Positions 10,150-18,345 of a stretch of DNA of 64,000 nucleotides are shown in pieces. The stretch's first letter is position 1, and the number at the start of each line of letters is the position of its first letter. A model generated the notes under the pieces. The model was not told the DNA's origin, did not search any database, and saw only the letters and a program-made list of their open reading frames with translations. The DNA comes from Deltaproteobacteria bacterium (GTDB taxonomy: Bacteria; Desulfobacterota; Desulfuromonadia; Geobacterales; Pseudopelobacteraceae): positions 5,652 through 69,651 of the forward strand of contig JAJXUW010000001.1 of assembly GCA_021782545.1 (NCBI GenBank), read 5' to 3'. A program made the translations under genes and the position numbers.

Positions 10150-10895
10150 CACAGCTTCTTCGCAATCAGTTCGCGTGCATCTCCCAGATAGTCGCTCTTG
10201 GGATATTCGAGGATCAGGCGGGTCAGGAAGGCCTGAGCCTTGTCATTCTGCTTAAGTTCGATATAGGCCTTTGCCAGGTAGTAGAGGGTCTCATCGTGGC
10301 CGGTGTAGTCGGGGAAATTGGCCAAGGCACCTTCCAGACGGTTGATGGCGGCCTTGTAGGCATCGGTCCGGTAGTAGAAACGGCCGACGTAGATCTCATA
10401 CTGCGCCAGTTTGCTACGGCATTCGACGATCTTTTCCTGCGCCTTGGCCGCATATTGGGATTTCGGATACTGCTTGATAAAGCTCTCGAACAGAGTTATG
10501 GCGTTGTGGGTTGGCGTCTGGTCGGTATCGATGCCGGTGATCAGGTTGTAGCTCGACAGCGCCTGGCGGTACAGGGCAAATTGCGCCAGTTCATGGGTAG
10601 GATGCAGCTTGCGGAAATCCTCGTAGGCGGCGCCAGCCTCGATAAAGTCACGGTTCAGAAAGTACGCGTTGGCGACGCCGATCTCGGCTTTGGCCATCAG
10701 CTCGGGAGCGGGGAATTGTTCCTTCACCTTTTTCCACTGCCGGATCGCCTCTTCATAGCGGCTCTTCGTGAACGCCGTCTCCCCTTGGGTATAGAGCTCA
10801 TCGGCGGTAGGGTTGGGCTTGGGGGCGCTGGCACAGCCAGCCAGCAACATCGTGGACATGAGGGACAGGAACAGGCAATAGCGCATCAGCTTCAT
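10149..10895 (-). CDS. bamD: Outer membrane protein assembly factor BamD lipoprotein
   Basis: Lipobox LAGC, TPR repeats, DQTPT, YPKSQY, LAQYEIYVGRFY, AAINR. Confidence 0.9.
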   Translation of the reverse strand: MKLMRYCLFLSLMSTMLLAGCASAPKPNPTADELYTQGETAFTKSRYEEAIRQWKKVKEQFPAPELMAKAEIGVANAYFLNRDFIEAGAAYEDFRKLHPTHELAQFALYRQALSSYNLITGIDTDQTPTHNAITLFESFIKQYPKSQYAAKAQEKIVECRSKLAQYEIYVGRFYYRTDAYKAAINRLEGALANFPDYTGHDETLYYLAKAYIELKQNDKAQAFLTRLILEYPKSDYLGDARELIAKKL

Positions 10896-10917
10896 TGGAT
10901 TGGTTCCTTTGATCTGG

Positions 10918-12246
10918 TTAGTTGAGCAGGTCCGCGCCGCGAGGATCTGCCATCAGCTGGGCGAGCAGGTCGTGATTCAGCCAGACGGCAGCCTCCTTAC
11001 TGCTCCATGATCCCTGTACAATCAGGCGTCCGGTGGCCCGGAACACCAGGCGGGACAGCTCGGCGCAGACCAGTTGCTTAGGGTCGCGGTGCAGCGACAG
11101 CAAATGGGTTGACGTGGCCAGCATCAACTCCATCTGCTCTTTGGTTGAGTGCTGCGGCCAGCTGGCAAAGTCGAGCGGGGCGGTGATCAGGGGATTGCTC
11201 AGGTAGGCATCGGCATGGGCCAGCAATTCGTTCAGCGTGGTGCCTTCCTGCAGCATGGCGGCACAACGGGCCTCCAGGGCTGCCGCCGACGCACCCGCCA
11301 CCGCGCGCAGTGCGTGCAGGAGCGGGTAGAGCGATAGTTCTACCCCCAGAAAAAGGGCACTTGAGTTGGTCTGTATCTCGGGACAGTTGAACACCGTGGC
11401 GTTAATCCCCTGTTGTCGGGCTTCAGCCGCAATAGTCTCCAGCCGGATCTTGGCAAATCCCTGCAGGTACGGTGTGTAGGATTGCCAGCGATACTCCCCG
11501 TTTTGCAGGATGCCGGTGCCGTGATAGCCGTAGGCGGTATAGGCCACCCGGGCGCCCGCTGCCGTGGCGCGCTGTCGCAGGGCGGTCGTACCTTCCAGCA
11601 GGTAGCGGAAGGTGTCGGCGGTCACCTCGTTGAAGCTGGCGTCGCAGAGTTGCCCCACACCACTTTCCCAAAAGGGTGATGAGGCCAGATACTTGTCGCC
11701 GGTCCCTTTAAATACCCGGTTTAAAAGCGGCATGAAGAAACGGGCGCGGGGAATGCCGCCAGCCATGGTGTGGGCAAACAGGATGTTGGCACCGGCCGGA
11801 ATGCGGCGTTCCAACTCGGCGGCCAGGGTGGCCATGTGGGCGGTAAAGCGCGTCTTACCCGCCACCTGGGCCTTGGCAAGGAAATCGGCCGGGAAGGTGA
11901 CCTGCTGCCAGTCGTCAGGTTTGGCCTTTTTGAGCTGTTCGCTGATGGATGGCTGGCCATCGGGAGTTTCCAGATCAAAGCCGGCCTCCAGCGGGATATT
12001 GATGATGGTCCCCCCCAGCAGGGTTTCAGCCTCGGTCAGCTCGTCGACGGTCAAGGGGCGCAACGTGCCGTCGCTGTCGCGGCGGCCTACGGTGGTGCCC
12101 AGGATGGTCATGCCGAGCCGCCTGGCCTCTTCCACCAGGCCATTGGCATAGCCCCGGCCGAACAGTTCACCGAACAGCACCAGGATATCTCCGGGTTTGT
12201 AACCGGGTACGGGCGGTAGGGTGGCCATTGAATGGTAACTGGGCAT
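10918..12246 (-). CDS. Probable FabMG-family enoyl-ACP reductase
   Basis: LFGELFGRGYANG, HTMAGGIPR, YGYHGT and WQSYTPYLQGFAK recalled as FabMG-type motifs; co-oriented with plsY. Start at the ATG after GGAGG. Family call is from memory. Confidence 0.6.
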   Translation of the reverse strand: MPSYHSMATLPPVPGYKPGDILVLFGELFGRGYANGLVEEARRLGMTILGTTVGRRDSDGTLRPLTVDELTEAETLLGGTIINIPLEAGFDLETPDGQPSISEQLKKAKPDDWQQVTFPADFLAKAQVAGKTRFTAHMATLAAELERRIPAGANILFAHTMAGGIPRARFFMPLLNRVFKGTGDKYLASSPFWESGVGQLCDASFNEVTADTFRYLLEGTTALRQRATAAGARVAYTAYGYHGTGILQNGEYRWQSYTPYLQGFAKIRLETIAAEARQQGINATVFNCPEIQTNSSALFLGVELSLYPLLHALRAVAGASAAALEARCAAMLQEGTTLNELLAHADAYLSNPLITAPLDFASWPQHSTKEQMELMLATSTHLLSLHRDPKQLVCAELSRLVFRATGRLIVQGSWSSKEAAVWLNHDLLAQLMADPRGADLLN

Positions 12247-12404
12247 GGAATCCTCCAACAAATCGATTTCGAGTCTGACCGGTAAGATAGTTTATGTAGC
12301 ATGAAGAGGTGGGCGTTGGGAACAGAAAACAGGGACCGGCCGATCGGATGATGACACCCCGCCCGCTACGTGCTAGTCTCCATCGCCAAGGGGGGGAGGA
12401 TGCC

Positions 12405-13415
12405 ATGCGTGATGATCTGATCCTGTTGGGACACGGCAGCGGTGGTCGCATGAGCCATCAGTTGCTGGACGATCTGATTGTGCCGGTCATCTCCGGTCTG
12501 GGGGCACGGGAACAGAACGACGCCGCCCTGCTGGAGGCCGGCGACACGCGTCTTGCCTTCACCACAGACGGGTACGTGGTGGACCCGCCGATCTTTCCCG
12601 GTGGTAGCATCGGTTCCCTGGCGGTACATGGCACGGTTAACGATCTGGCCATGATGGGGGCGCGTCCTCTCTGGCTGGCCTGCAGCCTGATCATCGAGGA
12701 GGGGTTTCGTCGGGAGGAACTGGCCGCCATCCTGGCCGACCTGCGTCGGGCCGCCGATCAGAGTGGTGTGCAGGTGGTGACCGGTGACACCAAGGTGGTG
12801 CCCCGCGGCAAGGCGGATCGGCTCTATATTACGACCAGCGGTGTGGGGGTGCTGGAGCACGATCTGGCCATCCACGGGGCAAACGCGCAGATCGGCGACC
12901 GGATTATCCTGTCGGGCAGTGTCGGTGATCACGGCATGGCGGTGATGGCGGCTCGGGAACAGTTGGATGCCGGTGGGGTGGTAAGTGATTCTGCCCCGTT
13001 ATGGGGGATGGTCGAATCAGTGATGGAGGCCGTCGGCGTCGGGTTGCATGTGCTGCGGGACCCGACCAGGGGGGGGGTCGCCACCACCTTGAAGGAGATC
13101 GCCCGACAATCGGGGGTGACCCTGACCATTGACGAGGCGGCCATCCCGATCAAGCCCCAGGTAAAGGGGCTGTGTGGTATTTTGGGGCTTGACCCGCTGT
13201 ATGTCGCTAACGAGGGCAAGCTGTTGGCCTTTGTCGCCCCTGATCGGGCCGATGAGGCGCTGGCCGCGCTGCGGCGGCAGCCGCTGGGAAGCGATGCTGC
13301 CATTATTGGCACCGTGGAACAGGGGGGAGCGGGACGGGTACGGCTGCAGACCACGGTCGGCGGCATGCGGATTGTCGATATGCTGGCGGGGGAGCAGTTG
13401 CCGCGCATCTGTTAG
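12405..13415 (+). CDS. hypE: Hydrogenase maturation protein HypE
   Basis: HGSGG, FTTD, GTVNDLAM, GDTKVV, RDPTRGG, ANEGK, C-terminal PRIC. Confidence 0.95.
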   Translation: MRDDLILLGHGSGGRMSHQLLDDLIVPVISGLGAREQNDAALLEAGDTRLAFTTDGYVVDPPIFPGGSIGSLAVHGTVNDLAMMGARPLWLACSLIIEEGFRREELAAILADLRRAADQSGVQVVTGDTKVVPRGKADRLYITTSGVGVLEHDLAIHGANAQIGDRIILSGSVGDHGMAVMAAREQLDAGGVVSDSAPLWGMVESVMEAVGVGLHVLRDPTRGGVATTLKEIARQSGVTLTIDEAAIPIKPQVKGLCGILGLDPLYVANEGKLLAFVAPDRADEALAALRRQPLGSDAAIIGTVEQGGAGRVRLQTTVGGMRIVDMLAGEQLPRIC

Positions 13416-13475
13416 GAGTAATGAGCGTGCAGGGAACCATGTTGTCTGCTCGTGGAGTTGGAGCAGAGGTGGGTC

Positions 13476-13958
13476 ATGGCCAAGGATAAGATACCGGTAA
13501 CGCCGGCAGTGCGGGCCTTGCGGGCCGCCGGCGTCACCTTCAGCGATCATCTCTATGCCTATGAGGACAAGGGCGGCACTGCGGTCTCGTCGCGGGAGTT
13601 GGGGGTGGATGAGCATGCCGTCATCAAGACCCTGGTGATGGAGGATGACCGTGGACAGCCGCTGATCGTGCTGATGCACGGCGACCGGCAGGTCTCCACC
13701 AAAGAGTTGGCCCGGTTGATCGGCGCACGGTCGGTTGAACCTTGCCGGCCTGAGGTGGCGCAGAAACAGAGCGGCTATCTGGTCGGCGGCACGTCACCCT
13801 TTGGCACCAGGCATCAGATGCCGGTCTATATCGAGGATACCATCCTGACGCTGCCGAAAATTTTCATCAACGGCGGTAAACGCGGCTACCTGGTGGGGTT
13901 AGCACCGGCAGACCTGCAGCGCGTCTTGCAGCCGATCCCGGTGTCGGTCGGTCACTGA
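13476..13958 (+). CDS. ybaK: Cys-tRNA(Pro) deacylase YbaK
   Basis: TPAV, KTLV, GYLVGGTSPFG, GGKRG motifs. Confidence 0.9.
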   Translation: MAKDKIPVTPAVRALRAAGVTFSDHLYAYEDKGGTAVSSRELGVDEHAVIKTLVMEDDRGQPLIVLMHGDRQVSTKELARLIGARSVEPCRPEVAQKQSGYLVGGTSPFGTRHQMPVYIEDTILTLPKIFINGGKRGYLVGLAPADLQRVLQPIPVSVGH

Positions 13959-13981
13959 AAGGGGAAGGAGAGAAAACGTTC

Positions 13982-14881
13982 ATGCCTTCAATCACGCTTG
14001 ACAAGGAGCTGGTGCTGCAGTTGCGGCGGGTGCTCGACGCGGTGGAGCAGATCCTGCCTAAGCCGGTGCCATCCATTGACTGGTCGAATACCCATGCGGC
14101 AAATTGGCGCCGACGCGGTAACGGCGGTTATCTCGATCCGGTGTCCGAGATCGAGGCGCTGCACCTTGAGGATCTGCTGGGGATTGATCAGCAAAAAGGG
14201 GTGGTTGAACAGAACACGCGTCAGTTTCTGAGCGGGGCTCCGGCCAATAATGTGCTTCTGTGGGGGACGCGCGGCACCGGCAAGTCGTCGTTGGTGCGGG
14301 CGCTTTTGCACCGCTACGCCGCGCAGGGGCTGCGGGTGATTCAAGTTGACAAGGACGACCTGGTCCATCTGCCGGTTATCGTGGATCAGATCAAGTTTAA
14401 GCCGTACCGGTTTATCCTGTTTTCCGATGATGTCTCGTTCGAGGTGGGAGAATCGAGCTACAAGATGCTTAAAAGCGCCCTGGACGGTTCGGTGTACGCC
14501 CCGCCGGAGAACGTGCTGATCTATATCACCTCAAATCGTCGGCACCTTTTGCCGGAGTATGAGACCGACAACCTGGGGGCGATGATGGTCAATAACGAGC
14601 TCCATCATGGTGAGGCCGTTGAGGAGAAGATATCGCTTTCCGGCCGCTTCGGGCTCTGGGTCGGTTTTCATCCCTTCAGCCAGGATCAGTTTCTGGAGGT
14701 AACCCGGCAGTGGGTGGAACGGATCGCGGCACGGCACGGCCTGAAGGGCTGCTGGAGCGACGAGACCCGGCAGGCCGCCATCCTGTGGTGCCGTCAGAAA
14801 GGGGACAACAGCGGCCGCATTGCGCTGCAGTTTGCCAACCACTGGGTGGGCAGCCGTCTGTTGGATACAACGTCACGATAG
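13982..14881 (+). CDS. DUF815 family AAA+ ATPase
   Basis: PANNVLLWG, Walker A GTRGTGKS, FSDDVSFE, TSNRRHL, EEKISLS. Confidence 0.9.
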   Translation: MPSITLDKELVLQLRRVLDAVEQILPKPVPSIDWSNTHAANWRRRGNGGYLDPVSEIEALHLEDLLGIDQQKGVVEQNTRQFLSGAPANNVLLWGTRGTGKSSLVRALLHRYAAQGLRVIQVDKDDLVHLPVIVDQIKFKPYRFILFSDDVSFEVGESSYKMLKSALDGSVYAPPENVLIYITSNRRHLLPEYETDNLGAMMVNNELHHGEAVEEKISLSGRFGLWVGFHPFSQDQFLEVTRQWVERIAARHGLKGCWSDETRQAAILWCRQKGDNSGRIALQFANHWVGSRLLDTTSR

Positions 14882-16879
14882 GCTGATGGCGATCAGCACG
14901 ACCAAGGTCAGGAAGGTGTAGAGAATATACAGGTGCAGGTGGCCGTGTTGGAGTCTGCGCAGGGTGGAAAATTTGCCGTTTGCCCACGTTAGAAACGGCA
15001 GATAAAGGTTTTCGAGCACGGTTTCAGGTACATGGCTGGCAAAGTCAGCCCGCTTCGGGAAAAAGCTGTGCAGTCTGGGCCGGTGGGCTTGCGGACGAAG
15101 AACGCCGGCAAAAAACGCCACCAGCATGTCGGCAAAGGAGGAGGCCGTGTACTGTATCCTGGCGGTCGGTGCCTGATAGCCGCAGCCCCAGGTGGAAACG
15201 CTGACCGTCTGATTACCCCGCTGGCGCAATCGTGACCAGCCCCAGCCCAGAAGGGTCGTTGCCAGGACAAGCATGGCCGATACGGTCAGCCAGCCGAATG
15301 ACGCCAGCTCCGTCAGATGGGGCAGGGCATCACCGTGCGGGAGGCAGGCCGCAACGGCGGTATCCAGCAGAGGTGCCACGCTGATCGGCGCAAGGCCGAT
15401 AACCAGGCAGAGCAGCGCCAGCCCCCCCATGGGCAGCCGCATCAGCCACCCCGGTTCGTGGCCCTGCCTGGCCTCCGGCGTCCGGGGCTCTCCAAGAAAC
15501 ACGACGCCTACCACCTTGACAAAGCAGGCCACCGCCAGTCCCCCGATCAATGCCAGGGCCGGTGCTGCCAGTGCGTTGACAATGGCCGCGCCGCCGTTGT
15601 GGTGCACCACTCCGTTGAAAAAACCGAGATAGAGCAACCATTCACTGACAAAACCGTTTAGGGGTGGCAGCCCGCAGATGGCCAGCGAGGCCACCAGAAA
15701 GAGCGCCGCGGTGACCGGCATCCGTTTGGCAAGCCCCCCCATCCGGTCCATTTCACGGGTGCCTGTGCCGTGGATGACCGCCCCTGCGCCGAGGAAGAGC
15801 AGCGATTTGAACAGCCCATGGTTGATCAGGTGCAATAACGCCCCGGCCATCCCCAGCAGCGTAAGCGTGGTGGAGCCTGTGGCCATGCCGATTACCGCAA
15901 CGCCGATTCCCATGACGATGATGCCGATATTTTCGATGCTGTGGTAGGCCAGAAGCCGTTTTATGTCATGTTGCCCCAGGGCGAACACGACACCCAGGAT
16001 GCCGGATGCCATGCCGAGGGTAAGCAGCAGCCCTCCCCACCAGAGCGGTATGGCGGTAAAGAAGGAGAGGGTGCGGATGATGCCATAGATGCCGATCTTG
16101 AGGATCACGCCGGACATGATGGCAGAGATATGGCTGGGGGCGTTGGCATGGGCGGCGGGCAGCCAGACGTGCAAAGGCATAAGCCCGGCCTTAAAGCCGA
16201 AACCGAAGATCAATAGCAGGTAGCAGGCGGTTGCAAGCGGTGCGGTAGCCGCCAGTGAGCCAGGCGCCGGAAAGATGAAACTGCCGGACAGGGTCTTCAG
16301 GATGGCAAACAGGGCAAACAGGGCCAGCGTGCCGATATGGGTGCAGATCAGATAGGTCATGCCGGCATCCCGAACCGCCGGGAGATGGTCGTCAGTAGTC
16401 AGGACGAAATAGGCTGACAGGGCCATGATTTCCCATGCCAGCAGGAAGAGGCCGGCGCAGCGCGCCATAACCACCCCCAGCAACGCTGCCACCAGCAGGC
16501 CGAAGAAACGGGTTGTCTTGCGGAAGGTTTGGGGATCGGTAGTGGCAGGTCGGTAATCGAGGACATAGATGCTGCAACAGGCGGCGACGAGCAGGATCGG
16601 CACGGTGAGCAGGGCGCTTAACGGATCGAGGCCGAAGGAAGGGGGCCCGAAGGGGAAAGGCCAGTCTATGGTAAAGAGCGCCGACCGGCCATCGGCGAGA
16701 GTCAGGCCGGCGGCTGTCAGCCCTACGGCGGCGGCAGTGAGCATGATGATTGCCGCCATGCGTTGGGCGGTGGCCGGCCTGAGGCGGGTGGCCCATGTTG
16801 GCAGGCCTGAGGCGGCCGCAAGCACGGTTGCCGCCACCAGCAACTGGGTCGGGAGTACGGCCGCCGTGTCAGAGGTCAT
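14873..16879 (-). CDS. Ehr/HyfB-like proton-translocating membrane subunit (EhrA paralog 1)
   Basis: NuoL/MrpA-type motifs: AWEIM, KAGLMPLHVWLPAAHANAPSHISA, KRLLAYHSIENIG, HGLFKS, CGLPPLNGF; HyfB tail WGCGY...QYT. Confidence 0.9.
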   Translation of the reverse strand: MTSDTAAVLPTQLLVAATVLAAASGLPTWATRLRPATAQRMAAIIMLTAAAVGLTAAGLTLADGRSALFTIDWPFPFGPPSFGLDPLSALLTVPILLVAACCSIYVLDYRPATTDPQTFRKTTRFFGLLVAALLGVVMARCAGLFLLAWEIMALSAYFVLTTDDHLPAVRDAGMTYLICTHIGTLALFALFAILKTLSGSFIFPAPGSLAATAPLATACYLLLIFGFGFKAGLMPLHVWLPAAHANAPSHISAIMSGVILKIGIYGIIRTLSFFTAIPLWWGGLLLTLGMASGILGVVFALGQHDIKRLLAYHSIENIGIIVMGIGVAVIGMATGSTTLTLLGMAGALLHLINHGLFKSLLFLGAGAVIHGTGTREMDRMGGLAKRMPVTAALFLVASLAICGLPPLNGFVSEWLLYLGFFNGVVHHNGGAAIVNALAAPALALIGGLAVACFVKVVGVVFLGEPRTPEARQGHEPGWLMRLPMGGLALLCLVIGLAPISVAPLLDTAVAACLPHGDALPHLTELASFGWLTVSAMLVLATTLLGWGWSRLRQRGNQTVSVSTWGCGYQAPTARIQYTASSFADMLVAFFAGVLRPQAHRPRLHSFFPKRADFASHVPETVLENLYLPFLTWANGKFSTLRRLQHGHLHLYILYTFLTLVVLIAISLS
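15648..15763 (-). repeat. Left copy of a 116-bp inverted near-identical tract within the ehrA paralogs
   Basis: Its reverse complement matches 19462-19577 at 110/116 nt by manual alignment. Confidence 0.9.
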
Positions 16880-17562
16880 GGAGAGACGCCTCCGATATCC
16901 TGTTCAATGGCGTGGACAGTGGTGAGAATCCTCTCGGGGTTGCATGTCGTACCCAGGATTGTTCTCAGGCGGGGGTCTCGTAGGCAGAAGGCGAGTTTTG
17001 AGAGCAGGTGCAGGTGCATCCTGATGGTGGGGGTTATGATGGTGAACAGGATCTGCACCGGCTTGCCATCCAGCGCGCCGAAGTCGACCGGCTGCGCGAG
17101 ATAGCTGAGTGATATCTTGGGCATCGGTAACTGCACCAGAATCGGGTTGCGCACATGGGGGATGGCGATGCCGTCACCAACGGCGGTAGTCCCCATGGCC
17201 TCGCGGGCGAGCAGGACCTGCAGAACAAAATCCGGGTCAAGTTCGGGCGGCAGGTCGAGTTGCGCCACCACGGCGCGCAATACCGCCTCCTTGTCGGCGC
17301 CGGTCACGTTGCAATGGATACCGCCCGCCTCAAGGGCTTGGCTGACGGTTGGCAGCGGCCGCTCGTCCACCGTTGGCAGTTTGTAGAGGGCCGGGTTGAC
17401 CTTGATGCCCCGATTCGTGGCCCATTCCAGCAGATCGACGGGGTTGATGCGGTATTCTCCCTGGATCTTTGCCGCCGGCAGATGGTCTTTCTTGATCCAG
17501 CGCACCATGGTCTTTTCATCAACGAGCAGGGCCTGAGCGGCCTCGGCGATCTCAAGCAGCAT
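16876..17562 (-). CDS. HTH_17 (excisionase/MerR-like) plus PTS EIIA (Ntr/fructose type) fusion protein
   Basis: N-terminal EAAQALLVDEKTMVRWI...LPA.KI...YR HTH; EIIA signature REAMGTTAVGDGIAIPH with the phosphorylatable His; DGKPV; HLHLLS. Confidence 0.9.
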   Translation of the reverse strand: MLLEIAEAAQALLVDEKTMVRWIKKDHLPAAKIQGEYRINPVDLLEWATNRGIKVNPALYKLPTVDERPLPTVSQALEAGGIHCNVTGADKEAVLRAVVAQLDLPPELDPDFVLQVLLAREAMGTTAVGDGIAIPHVRNPILVQLPMPKISLSYLAQPVDFGALDGKPVQILFTIITPTIRMHLHLLSKLAFCLRDPRLRTILGTTCNPERILTTVHAIEQDIGGVSP

Positions 17563-17568
17563 GATCGA

Positions 17569-17934
17569 TTATCCTTTGGAAATGCCCGGCATTTCATCAA
17601 GGCCGAGCTGCAGGCAGAGCGCCTTTCCCACTTGGTTCATCAGGGCTTTGGTGAGGAGTCCCAGCCGTTCCCCCACCACGTTGGTCTTGTCGATGGTGAT
17701 CAGGATGTGCGAGCTTACCTTGGCATCCTGTGACAGGCCACTCCCTGCGGACGGCAGCAGGGTCTCGAAATCATAGATTTTTTCCAGTCCGTCATACCGT
17801 ACCGGGATAATCGTGACCACCGGTGAGAATTCGTTGGCGATGTTGTTGCTGACCACCAGGCAGGGGCAAATCTCGGGTGTCGTGCCGTCGGCATGGGGGA
17901 GTCTGACCGGATAGATGCCGCCACGTTTAAACAT
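17569..17934 (-). CDS. PemK/MazF-fold protein with a degenerate active site
   Basis: KRGGIY, P.LVVSNN..N.FSP, GL...., TIDK, M..V..AL...LGL align with the MazF/NdoA family; catalytic Arg and Thr positions are substituted. Confidence 0.8.
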   Translation of the reverse strand: MFKRGGIYPVRLPHADGTTPEICPCLVVSNNIANEFSPVVTIIPVRYDGLEKIYDFETLLPSAGSGLSQDAKVSSHILITIDKTNVVGERLGLLTKALMNQVGKALCLQLGLDEMPGISKG

Positions 17935-18163
17935 CCCGTTTCTCCGTCACCGTGCTTTCAAACTTCTTGAGTACGTCTTTGGTTTCCTGAGCCCTGGCGC
18001 TGTATCCCTCGATCAGCCCCTTGTAGGCCTTCTTCTTTATTTCCACAAGTTTTTCCCGTGCGGCCTCTTCCAGGAATTGGCTCAGTCCCCGCTGTCCGAA
18101 AAGTGCCTTGATGTCATCGACAATAGGGGTAGGCAGGGTGATGTTGAGTCGTGTCGTGGGCAT
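17927..18163 (-). CDS. Ribbon-helix-helix antitoxin-like protein (NdoAI/MazE type)
   Basis: 78 aa; RLNITLP beta-ribbon, SQFLEEA helix, LIEGY...A.E motif; strong SD AAGGAGAGG; overlaps the mazF-like gene by 8 nt. Confidence 0.75.
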   Translation of the reverse strand: MPTTRLNITLPTPIVDDIKALFGQRGLSQFLEEAAREKLVEIKKKAYKGLIEGYSARAQETKDVLKKFESTVTEKRDV

Positions 18164-18218
18164 CGGACGCCTCTCCTTGTTGTACGTCATTGCATCTGTA
18201 GTGTGGTGCATAATTTTA

Positions 18219-18247
18219 TTGACGTGCTTTCTTTTGTACCATATCTT
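18219..18247 (+). promoter_or_regulatory. Putative sigma70 promoter of the ehr operon
   Basis: TTGACG-N17-TATCTT in the AT-rich divergent intergenic region. Confidence 0.55.
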
Positions 18248-18345
18248 TTCTGTATGTGTCATATTTTTTTAAAACACATATTTTTTTGTGGCGATCAAAC
18301 AGGCGGTCGCTGCCGTGGTGCAACGCTTAGGCGTCGGTTTCCAGT

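Noticed and set aside
17400-17562. Excisionase-like domain plus TA pair as evidence of an integrated mobile element
   Set aside because: No integrase, att repeats or tRNA nearby; the HTH is fused to EIIA and is better read as a regulator.
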